This document shows positions 41,944 through 49,920 of a stretch of DNA of 64,000 nucleotides, in pieces (position 1 is the first letter of the stretch; each line of letters begins with the position of its first letter). The stretch is from Acidimicrobiales bacterium (lineage in GTDB: Bacteria; Actinomycetota; Acidimicrobiia; Acidimicrobiales; RAAP-2). Location: positions 8,490 through 72,489 of the forward strand of contig DASYAI010000016.1 of NCBI GenBank assembly GCA_036501425.1. The letters run 5' to 3'. The translations under genes and the position numbers were made by a program. Under the pieces are notes generated by a model. The model saw nothing but the letters and a program-made list of their open reading frames with translations. It was not told where the DNA came from and did not search any database.

Positions 41944-44355
41944 GTGGGCATCAGTGACCGCCTCTCGGGGCGCCGCCTCTTCATCACCGGCGCGACCGGG
42001 TTCCTCGGAACCGCCCTGGTCGAACGCATCCTGCGGTGCGTTCCCGACGCCGAGGTGGTCCTCCTCGTCCGCCCGACCCGTCGCTCGGACGCGGCCCGCC
42101 GGGTGGAGCGCGAGGTGCTTCGCAACGACTGCTTCGATCGCCTGCGAGAAGAGCTGGGTGGGCGGTTCGCCTCCGAGATGAGCCGTCGGGTCCGGGCCGT
42201 CTCGGGTGACGTCGGCGAGGACGGGCTGGGGCTCGACGAGGCGGGACGCGCCGCACTCGCGTCGTGCGATCTCGCCATCCACTCCGCCGCCGCGGTGAGC
42301 TTCGACGCTCCCCTCGACCAGGCGGTGGAGGTCAACCTGCTCGGTCCCTCGCGGGTGGCTGCCGCGGTCGCCGCCGCGCGTGCCGGGGGAGCCTCGGCCG
42401 AGGGAACCGGGCCGGCGCACCTGATCGCCGTCTCGACCGCCTATGTCGCCGGCACCCACCAGGGCGAGGCGCGTGAGGAGCTACTGGACGACCAGCGCTT
42501 CACGGTCGACGTCGAGTGGAGGGGCGAGGTGGCGAGCGCCCGGCGGCTGCGCGCCGACCTGCAGGCCGAGTCGCGTCGGGTGGAGCACCTGAGACGGTTC
42601 ACCACGCGGGCGCGAGAGGAGATGGGCGGTGCAGGCGACCACGTCCTCGCCGCCCGGGCCGAAAAGCTGCGCGACGAATGGGTCAAACGGCGGCTGGTGG
42701 AAGCCGGTACCGCCCGAGCGCAGGCGCTCGGCTGGCCGGACGCCTACCCCTTCACGAAGGCGCTGGGCGAGCAGGCGCTGATCGCCGGCCACGGCGTGGG
42801 CCGGGCGGTAGAGCACGACGCCGTCCCGCTCACGATCGTCCGCCCGTCGATCATCGAGTCGGCCCTGTCCGAACCGCGGCCCGGCTGGATCCGGGGCTTC
42901 CGTATGGCCGAGCCCATCATCGTCTCCTATGCGCGGGGCTTGCTCCGCGAGTTCCCCGGCGTTCCCGAAGGGGTCACCGACGTGATCCCGGTCGACATGG
43001 TGGTCGCGGCCATCCTGGCGGTCGCCGCCGAGGGTCCACCCCGCAGCGGACCCGCCGTGCTGCACGTGGCGTCGGGGGTCCGCAATCCCCTCCACTACGG
43101 GCGGCTGGTCGAGCTGGTGCAGGACTGGTTCGGGCGCCACCCGGTGTACGACGAGCAAGGCCAGCCCATCGACGTGCCGGCGTGGTCGTTCCCTGGCCGG
43201 GGCAGGGTGCAACGCCAGCTCCAGCGGGCGGACCGGGCGATGGAGGCCGCCGAGCGCCTCATCACCGCGCTGCCGCTCCGAGGGCGTCAGGCCGCGCTGG
43301 CGGCCCGGCTCGAGGACCGCCACGCGTTGGCCCGCCGAGCGCTGGGCTACGTGGAGCTCTACGGCGCCTACACCGAGACCGAGGCCCGCTATCGGGTCGA
43401 CCGGCTCCTCGAGCTGTGGGGCCGCTGCGGCGCCGAGGACCGGGCGCGCTTCTGCTTCGACCCGGGGGTCATCGACTGGGACCGCTACGTCCACGACGTC
43501 CACCTGCCCTCGGTGGTGCACCACGCCCGGCTCCGCACGACGCCGGGCCGCTCGGCGGTCGACCGGCGTCCGGACCGGGCCCGCCGGGCCATCCTCTCCC
43601 CGGACCGGCACCTGGCGGTCTTCGACCTCGAGCACACCCTCATCGCGTCGAACGTGGTGGACACCTACGCCTGGCTGGCGTCGCGGCACCTGTCGGTGGC
43701 CGAGCGCGCCGCCTTCGTGGCCCGCCTGCTGGGCGACGCCCCCTCCCTGCTGGCGCTCGACCGGCGCGACCGGGGGGACTTCCTGCGCTCCTTCTACCGC
43801 CGCTACGAGGACGCGCCGGTCACCTCGTTGGCAGAGGACTCGTGGGACCTCTTCCACCACCACCTGCTCCCGCGGTCGTTCCCCGACGGGCTGGCCCGGG
43901 TGCGCGAGCACCGGCGTCTCGGCCACCGGACCCTGCTGATCACCGGTGCGCTCGATTTCGTCATCGAGCCGATCCGACCCCTGTTCGACGACATCGTCTG
44001 CGCCCGGCTCGACCAGCGTGCCGGGCGCTACACGGGGCGGCTCGAGGAGCTCCCGCCCATCGGCGAGGCTCGGGCGCTGCTGCTCGCCGACTACGCCGCC
44101 GTGCACGACCTCTCGCTCGAGGAGTCGGTGGCCTATGCCGACTCCTCGAGTGACCTGGCGATGCTCGAGGCGGTCGGCTTTCCGGTGGCCGTGAACCCCG
44201 AGGCGCGCCTGGCGGCGATCGCCCGGCGGCGAGGCTGGCACGTCGAGCACTGGTCCAAGGCCACCGGGCGCTCCCACCCCCTGCTGCCTCTCGGCCCGCG
44301 CAGCGGAGCGCGAGCAGACGGTCGTCCCCTCCGCCCGGCCCGGTCCGCCCGGTGA
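41944..44355 (+). CDS. Fatty acyl-CoA/ACP reductase-type SDR (male-sterility NAD-binding domain) fused to a HAD-IB phosphatase-like domain
   Basis: Track ORF of 803 aa with a GTG start. The N-terminal part has LFITGATGFLGTALVERIL, HSAAAVSF and YPFTKALGE (YxxxK). The C-terminal ~230 aa have LAVFDLEHTLI (motif I with Glu at the Asp+2 position), ITGALDFV and AYADSSSDLAMLEAVG. Confidence 0.8.
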   Translation: MGISDRLSGRRLFITGATGFLGTALVERILRCVPDAEVVLLVRPTRRSDAARRVEREVLRNDCFDRLREELGGRFASEMSRRVRAVSGDVGEDGLGLDEAGRAALASCDLAIHSAAAVSFDAPLDQAVEVNLLGPSRVAAAVAAARAGGASAEGTGPAHLIAVSTAYVAGTHQGEAREELLDDQRFTVDVEWRGEVASARRLRADLQAESRRVEHLRRFTTRAREEMGGAGDHVLAARAEKLRDEWVKRRLVEAGTARAQALGWPDAYPFTKALGEQALIAGHGVGRAVEHDAVPLTIVRPSIIESALSEPRPGWIRGFRMAEPIIVSYARGLLREFPGVPEGVTDVIPVDMVVAAILAVAAEGPPRSGPAVLHVASGVRNPLHYGRLVELVQDWFGRHPVYDEQGQPIDVPAWSFPGRGRVQRQLQRADRAMEAAERLITALPLRGRQAALAARLEDRHALARRALGYVELYGAYTETEARYRVDRLLELWGRCGAEDRARFCFDPGVIDWDRYVHDVHLPSVVHHARLRTTPGRSAVDRRPDRARRAILSPDRHLAVFDLEHTLIASNVVDTYAWLASRHLSVAERAAFVARLLGDAPSLLALDRRDRGDFLRSFYRRYEDAPVTSLAEDSWDLFHHHLLPRSFPDGLARVREHRRLGHRTLLITGALDFVIEPIRPLFDDIVCARLDQRAGRYTGRLEELPPIGEARALLLADYAAVHDLSLEESVAYADSSSDLAMLEAVGFPVAVNPEARLAAIARRRGWHVEHWSKATGRSHPLLPLGPRSGARADGRPLRPARSAR

Positions 44356-45626
44356 AGTCCCTCGTGATCGAGCGCAATGTGGCCCGGTTCGCCGCAGCGC
44401 GGGTCATGGCGGCCGTCGCGCCGGGTCGCTCGGCCGGCATCGGCCCGCTCCGCCTCGCCGAGCAGGACCCCCCCGCAGCCCCCGCAGCGGACTGGTACCC
44501 GGTGCTCCCCTCCCTTTCGGGTATCTGCGGGTCGGACCTCGCCACGCTCGACGGCCGGAGCTCGCGCTACTTCGAGGACCTGGTGAGCTTCCCGTTCGTG
44601 CCGGGTCACGAGATCGTCGGCGTGGCGGCGCAGGGCGCGGTGGGTGCCGGCGGCGCCGAGATCGCCGCCGGAGCCCGGGTGGTGATCGAACCGGTGCTCG
44701 GCTGCGCCGCCCGGGGCATCGAGCCTCCGTGCCGGGCGTGCGCGACGGGAAACACCGGGGACTGCACCCGGGTGGCCCACGGCCATGTGCGCCCGGGGCT
44801 GCAGACCGGCTTCTGCACCGATACCGGAGGGGGGTGGTCCGAGGCGGGCCTGGTCGCTCACTCCTCCCAGCTGCACCCGGTGCCCGCCGGGCTCAGCGAC
44901 GAGGACGCGGTGACCGTCGAGCCAGTCGCCTGCGCCACTCACGCGGTCCACATGGCGGCCCTACGCGCCGGGGAGGTCGTGGCCGTCCTGGGGGCGGGCA
45001 CGCTCGGGCTCGCCCTCACCGCCGCCCTCACCCACCTGGTCGAGGTGGGCCGCTGTGCCGAGCCCGAAGTGGTCCTCGTCGGCGCCCGTTACCCGCACCA
45101 GCAACGGTGGGCCCTCGAGTTCGGGGCCACCTCCGCCCTCCCGGCCGACGCGCTGGCCCGCGCCGTGCGTCGGCGCAGCAGGTCCCTTGCCCTGGGCTCC
45201 CCGCGCCTGGGCACCCAGCAGCTCACCGGCGGCGCCGACGTGGTGTTCGACTGTGTCGGATCGAGCGAGTCCATCGCCCAGTCGCTGTCGATGGTCCGTC
45301 CTCGCGGGCGCATCGTACTGGTGGGCATGCCCGGGCGGGTGCACGTCGACCTGGCCGCCCTGTGGCACCGCGAGATCAGCCTGGCCGGTGCGTACGCCTA
45401 CGGGACCGAGGGCGGCGCCGGAGGAGGAGCGCCGGCGCGGACCTTCGATCTGGCGTTCGACGTCGTGGCCCGGCATCGCACCGGCCGGTTGGTGTCCGCC
45501 ACCTACCCGCTCGAGCGCTTCGAGGAGGCGATCACGCACGCCGGCCAGGCAGGCCGCCGGGGCTCGGTCAAGATCGCCTTCGCACCGCACGCGGAGCGCT
45601 CCGCCTCGAAAGGACCACGCCGATGA
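44352..45626 (+). CDS. Zinc-dependent medium-chain dehydrogenase/reductase (alcohol / threonine / polyol dehydrogenase-like)
   Basis: Track ORF of 424 aa. Motifs: GICGSDL, PGHEIVG, a structural Zn Cys cluster (CAARGIEPPCRACATGNTGDC), and Rossmann VLGAGTLGL. GTGA overlap with the upstream stop. Confidence 0.8.
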   Translation: MKSLVIERNVARFAAARVMAAVAPGRSAGIGPLRLAEQDPPAAPAADWYPVLPSLSGICGSDLATLDGRSSRYFEDLVSFPFVPGHEIVGVAAQGAVGAGGAEIAAGARVVIEPVLGCAARGIEPPCRACATGNTGDCTRVAHGHVRPGLQTGFCTDTGGGWSEAGLVAHSSQLHPVPAGLSDEDAVTVEPVACATHAVHMAALRAGEVVAVLGAGTLGLALTAALTHLVEVGRCAEPEVVLVGARYPHQQRWALEFGATSALPADALARAVRRRSRSLALGSPRLGTQQLTGGADVVFDCVGSSESIAQSLSMVRPRGRIVLVGMPGRVHVDLAALWHREISLAGAYAYGTEGGAGGGAPARTFDLAFDVVARHRTGRLVSATYPLERFEEAITHAGQAGRRGSVKIAFAPHAERSASKGPRR

Positions 45627-47212
45627 GCCCGCGACCCGGCTTCGTGCTGGAGGTGGACCGCTCCACCCCGCCCACCATGTTCTGGCACGGGGAGAAGTTC
45701 GCCCTCGAGCGGCTGCCCGAGGGGAGCCGGGTCGTCTACGCGCCCGAGCCGTCCGAGCCCTTGGCGGACCCGGTCGCCGCGATCCGCCACGCCCTGCTGC
45801 ACCCGCTCGGCGACCGCGCTCCCCTGCCGGACCTGCTGCGCGCCGACATGCGGCTCACCATCTGCTTCGACGACGTCTCGCTGCCCCTCCCGCCGATGCA
45901 GCCGCCCGACATCCGCCAGATGGTGATCGAGGAGGTGCTCACCATGGCGGCCGACGCCGGCGTCGATGACGTGGTGCTGGTGGCCGCCCTGGCCCTGCAC
46001 CGGCGCATGACCGAGGCCGAGCTCCGCCACGCGCTGGGGGATCGGGTCTACGACGCCTTCGCCCCCCACGGGCTGCTGCTGCAGCACGACGCCGAGGATC
46101 CCCAGAACCTCGTCCACCTCGGACAGACCGACCAGGGGGAGGACGTCGAGATCAACAAGCGGGCGGCCACCAGCGACCTGCTGGTGTACGTCAACATCAA
46201 CCTGGTGGCGATGGACGGCGGGCACAAGAGCGTGGCCACCGGCCTGGCGAGCTACCGGAGCCTCCGCCACCATCACAACCCCCAGACCATGCGCCACAGC
46301 CGGTCGTTCATGGATGCCCCGGCCTCGGAGCTGCACTCCTCCAACTGGCGCATGGGCCGACTCATCGCGGCCAACGGGGTCAAGGTGTTCCAGATCGAGA
46401 CCACGCTCAACAACGACACCTTCCCCTCCTCGTTCGCCTTCCTGCAACGACGCGAGTGGGAGTGGTCATTGCGCGACCGGGCCACCTACGGCGCGACCAG
46501 CGCCGCCCTCAGCGCCACCCCGGAGTCAACCGCCCGGCGCATCTTCCACTCGATCCGCTCGCCTCACGCGCTCAGCTCGGTGCAGGCGGGAGAGGTGGAG
46601 GCGGTCCACGAGGTGACCACGGCCAACGTGTGGGCCCAGCAAGGCGTCGAGGTGCAGGGGCAGACCGACATCCTGACCATGGGCCTGCCGTACATCTGCC
46701 CCTACAACGTCGACTCGATCATGAACCCGATCCTCGTTGCCTGCCTGGGCCTCGGGTACTTCTTCAACCTGTACCGGGGCAAGCCCCTGGTGCGCGAGGG
46801 CGGGGTCCTCATCATGCGTCACCCCACGCCCTGGGCCTTCCACCCCGGCCACCATCCGAGCTATATCGACTTCTTCGAGCAGGTCCTCGCCGAGACGACC
46901 GATCCGGTGGCCATCCACAAGCAGTTCGAGGAGTCCTTCGCCACCGACCCCTGGTACATCCACCTCTACCGCACGGCCCACGCCTATCACGGGGTGCATC
47001 CGTTCTACATGTGGTATTGGTGCGCGCACGCGCTCGAGCACCTGGGACGGGTCGTCGTCGTCGGTGGCGACACGGCGGCGGTACGCCGGCTCGGCTTCTC
47101 GCCCGCCTCGACCCTGGCCGACGCGCTCGAGATGGCCGGGGACGTGGTGGGGCCGTCGCCCACCCTGACCCACCTGCACGCTCCGCCGATCCTCCTCGCC
47201 GACGTGCGATGA
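45623..47212 (+). CDS. LarA-like protein (lactate racemase N-terminal / DUF2088 family; putative nickel-pincer-cofactor-dependent racemase/epimerase)
   Basis: Last 529 aa of track ORF 44729..47212, from ATG 45623 (ATGA overlap). Sequence features: RLTICFDDVSLPLPP, LLVYVNINLVAMDGGHKSVATGLASYRSLRHHHN, GLPYICPYNVDSIMNPIL. The family assignment is from recalled motif patterns and was not verified by search. Confidence 0.6.
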   Translation: MSPRPGFVLEVDRSTPPTMFWHGEKFALERLPEGSRVVYAPEPSEPLADPVAAIRHALLHPLGDRAPLPDLLRADMRLTICFDDVSLPLPPMQPPDIRQMVIEEVLTMAADAGVDDVVLVAALALHRRMTEAELRHALGDRVYDAFAPHGLLLQHDAEDPQNLVHLGQTDQGEDVEINKRAATSDLLVYVNINLVAMDGGHKSVATGLASYRSLRHHHNPQTMRHSRSFMDAPASELHSSNWRMGRLIAANGVKVFQIETTLNNDTFPSSFAFLQRREWEWSLRDRATYGATSAALSATPESTARRIFHSIRSPHALSSVQAGEVEAVHEVTTANVWAQQGVEVQGQTDILTMGLPYICPYNVDSIMNPILVACLGLGYFFNLYRGKPLVREGGVLIMRHPTPWAFHPGHHPSYIDFFEQVLAETTDPVAIHKQFEESFATDPWYIHLYRTAHAYHGVHPFYMWYWCAHALEHLGRVVVVGGDTAAVRRLGFSPASTLADALEMAGDVVGPSPTLTHLHAPPILLADVR

Positions 47213-48174
47213 CCGCCCGCTCGGTGCTCGGCCGCCTCCGGCGGTTTCCGTTGGTCGCGCCCCCCTGGCCGTCGAGCCTGCCGAGGCCGGCGCCCGAGCG
47301 GCGGGTCGGGCTGGACTACGACCACGAGTGGTCGCGGCGGTACCCGGTGCGCCTGGCGCGGGCGGTGGTGGTCGACAACGTGACCCGCCCGGTGGCCCGG
47401 CTCCTGGCGCCGCCCACCATCCGGGGCGTCGAGCACCTGCGCCACGTCGGCGCCCCGGCCATCTTCGTCGCCAACCACACCAGCCACATCGACACCCCGC
47501 TCCTGTTGTCGAACCTGCCGGTCGAGTTCCGGCACCGCACCGTGGTGGCCGCGGCGTCGGACTACTTCTTCGACCGTACCTGGAAGGCGGCGTTGTGGTC
47601 GTTCCTGCTGCCGGCCATCCCCATCGAGCGGACCCGGGTGAACCGCCGGTCGGCCGACATGGCGGCAGAGCTGATCGGCCAGGGTTGGAGCTTGATCATC
47701 TTCCCCGAGGGCGGACGCTCCCCCGACGGTTGGGGCCAGACGTTCCGCCCGGGCGGCGCGGCCTATCTGGCCCTCCGCACCGGACGTCCGGTCGTGCCGG
47801 TCCACCTGCGCGGGGCCCGCACCGTCGTGCCCCGGCGACCCCGGCACGACACGCCGCCCGGGGGGTCGGGCACCGAGTCGGCCGGGGGCCGGCGCCTGGT
47901 GCGCGCCCCGGTGACGTTGACCTTCGGCGCCCCGATGGTCCCCGACGACGGCGAGGACGCCCGGCGGTTCGGCGTGCGACTCGAGCGCGCCGTCGAGGTG
48001 CTCGCCGACGAGTCGGTCAGCGACTGGTGGCAGGCGCGCCGGCGAGCCGGCGCGGGACGCACGCCCTCGCACCGCGGACCCGACGCGTCGCCGTGGCGGC
48101 GGGCCTGGGAGCTCGACCGGTCGGCGTCGACCGTCGCGTCCCCCAGCGACGCCCCGAGCTGGCCCAAGCGCTGA
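47209..48174 (+). CDS. PlsC-family lysophospholipid / 1-acyl-glycerol-3-phosphate acyltransferase
   Basis: Last 321 aa of track ORF 46456..48174, from ATG 47209 (ATGA overlap). Motifs: FVANHTSHIDTPLL (HX4D), IFPEGGRSPDG, PVVPVHLRG. Confidence 0.8.
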   Translation: MTARSVLGRLRRFPLVAPPWPSSLPRPAPERRVGLDYDHEWSRRYPVRLARAVVVDNVTRPVARLLAPPTIRGVEHLRHVGAPAIFVANHTSHIDTPLLLSNLPVEFRHRTVVAAASDYFFDRTWKAALWSFLLPAIPIERTRVNRRSADMAAELIGQGWSLIIFPEGGRSPDGWGQTFRPGGAAYLALRTGRPVVPVHLRGARTVVPRRPRHDTPPGGSGTESAGGRRLVRAPVTLTFGAPMVPDDGEDARRFGVRLERAVEVLADESVSDWWQARRRAGAGRTPSHRGPDASPWRRAWELDRSASTVASPSDAPSWPKR

Positions 48175-48218
48175 GGGTCCGGACCCGCCCGAGCGGCGGC
48201 GCTGGGTAACGTGCCGGC

Positions 48219-49055
48219 GTGTGCCTGCTCGTGATGCTCTTCGGGGTCGATCCGGGCGCCCCGCTGGTCGTGGCGGCCAACCGGGACGAGCGGCTCGAGC
48301 GCGCCGCGACGGCCGTGACGGTGCTGTCCGAGCGCGACCCGCGCATGCTCGGCGGCCGTGACGGCCTCGCCGGTGGCACCTGGCTGGCGGTGAACGAGCA
48401 CGGGGTGGTCGCCGGCCTCACCAACCGCCCCGCGGTCGCCGGGCGAGATCCGACCAAACGCTCCCGCGGCGAGCTCCCGCTGTGGCTCGCCGCCCACCGC
48501 AGCGCCTCGGCCGCGGCCGCGGCCTTCGCCCGGCACTTCGATCCGTCCGCCTTCAACCCGTGCTGGCTGATGGTCGGCGACCGCGACGCGCTCTTCGTCA
48601 TCGACCTGACGGGCGAGGACGACCCGGCCCCCCGCGAGCTGGGTCCCGGTGCCTACGTGCTCGAGAACAGCCCTCTGGGCGAGCCCACCCCCAAGCGGGA
48701 GCATGTGGCGGCCCAGCTGGCGGGCCTGGTGGACCGCCGCGGGATGGACCTGCTGGCCGGCCTGGGCCACCTGCTCGCCGACCATCGGGTCCCCGACGGC
48801 GTGCCCGAGGCGGCCCGAGGGCCTCGGTCGGACACCGACCCGCCGGACCACGGCGATACGTCGGGCGGGCCGGACCCGTCGGACCGGCCGGCGGCGCTGT
48901 CGGCCAACTGCGTGCACATCGAGGGCTACGGCACTCGGTCGTCCCTCCTGTGCCGCGTCCCGGCCAGCCCGGTGCGCTGGCCCGAGGTGCTGGTGGCCGA
49001 CGGATCGCCGTGCGTGGCGCCGATGCGCGACGTCAGCGACCTGTGGCGGACCTGA
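48219..49055 (+). CDS. NRDE-family protein (TANGO2-like, N-terminal Cys)
   Basis: Track ORF of 278 aa. MCLLVMLFG...VVAANRDER...GGTWLAVNEHGVVAGLTN is the characteristic NRDE motif. GTG start. Confidence 0.75.
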   Translation: MCLLVMLFGVDPGAPLVVAANRDERLERAATAVTVLSERDPRMLGGRDGLAGGTWLAVNEHGVVAGLTNRPAVAGRDPTKRSRGELPLWLAAHRSASAAAAAFARHFDPSAFNPCWLMVGDRDALFVIDLTGEDDPAPRELGPGAYVLENSPLGEPTPKREHVAAQLAGLVDRRGMDLLAGLGHLLADHRVPDGVPEAARGPRSDTDPPDHGDTSGGPDPSDRPAALSANCVHIEGYGTRSSLLCRVPASPVRWPEVLVADGSPCVAPMRDVSDLWRT

Positions 49056-49920
49056 ACCGCGAGGCCCGCCGGGCGGCGGCCCGGAACCCCGCGCCCAGGA
49101 ACCCCACGCTTCGGGCGGCGGGCGCCGGGACGGCGAGCCGCTCGCGGCGTAGCCGCTGGACCCGCTCGTCGTCGAGGGGAGCCAGCGCACCGCTCGACCC
49201 CAGCGCCCATCCCAACAGTAGGTCCGCCAGCGCGGGATTTCGGGCCAGCACCGGCCCGTGGAGGTACGTGCCCACGATCCGGCCGCTGATCACCCCGTCG
49301 GTCCCGTCGCCGTTGCCGGTGCCGGTGACCACCCGGCCGAGCGGCTCGAGGTCGGGTCCGCGCACGGTGATGCCGGCGTGGTTCTCGAAGCCGCTCAGCG
49401 TGTCGGCGACCGACAACGGGCCGTCGCCGTCGCCTCGGTGGGGCTCGGCCCGTACCTCGCCCACCGCCCGGCTCGGGCCGCGCACCGTCCGCACGTCGAG
49501 CAGGCCGAGGCCCGACCGCAGCGTGCCGTCTCCGGCGGCGAAGGAGCGGCCGAGGATCTGGTAGCCGGCGCAGACCGCCAGCACGACGGCGCCCCCGAGC
49601 ACGGCGCGCCGAAGGGTCCCGTCGGCCTCGAGCATCCGGGCGGCGCGGGCCTGGGGATCGTCCTCGCCGCCTCCAAGGCAGTAGACGTCGCCGTCGGGCA
49701 GCGGTTCGTCGGAGGGTGCCTCGAGCACCGTGGCGGCCACGCCCCGCCACTGGGCCCGCTTGGCCAGGACGAGCGCATTGCCCCCGTCCCCGTAGGTCCC
49801 GAGCAGGTCGGGGTAGACGACGACCACCCGCAGGGAGGCGGCGGCCGCAGGACGCCCGGAGGCGGCGGCCGCAGGACGCCCGGAGGCGATGGCCTCGCGG
49901 TCCGACGTGGTCGGGCTCAT
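49033..49920 (-). CDS. gatD: Lipid II isoglutaminyl synthase, glutaminase subunit GatD (CobB/CobQ-like GATase)
   Basis: C-terminal 295 aa of track ORF 49033..50676, from ATG 49920 (ATGA overlap with the murT stop). Motifs: VVVYPDLLGTYGDGGN, LAVCAGYQILG, GTYLHGPVLARNP. Confidence 0.8.
   Translation of the reverse strand: MSPTTSDREAIASGRPAAAASGRPAAAASLRVVVVYPDLLGTYGDGGNALVLAKRAQWRGVAATVLEAPSDEPLPDGDVYCLGGGEDDPQARAARMLEADGTLRRAVLGGAVVLAVCAGYQILGRSFAAGDGTLRSGLGLLDVRTVRGPSRAVGEVRAEPHRGDGDGPLSVADTLSGFENHAGITVRGPDLEPLGRVVTGTGNGDGTDGVISGRIVGTYLHGPVLARNPALADLLLGWALGSSGALAPLDDERVQRLRRERLAVPAPAARSVGFLGAGFRAAARRASRFRSATGR

Noticed and set aside
48175-48190. The palindrome GGGTCCGGACCC right after the plsC stop as an intrinsic terminator
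   Set aside because: It is a 6-bp self-complementary sequence with no loop and no T-tract, too weak to call.
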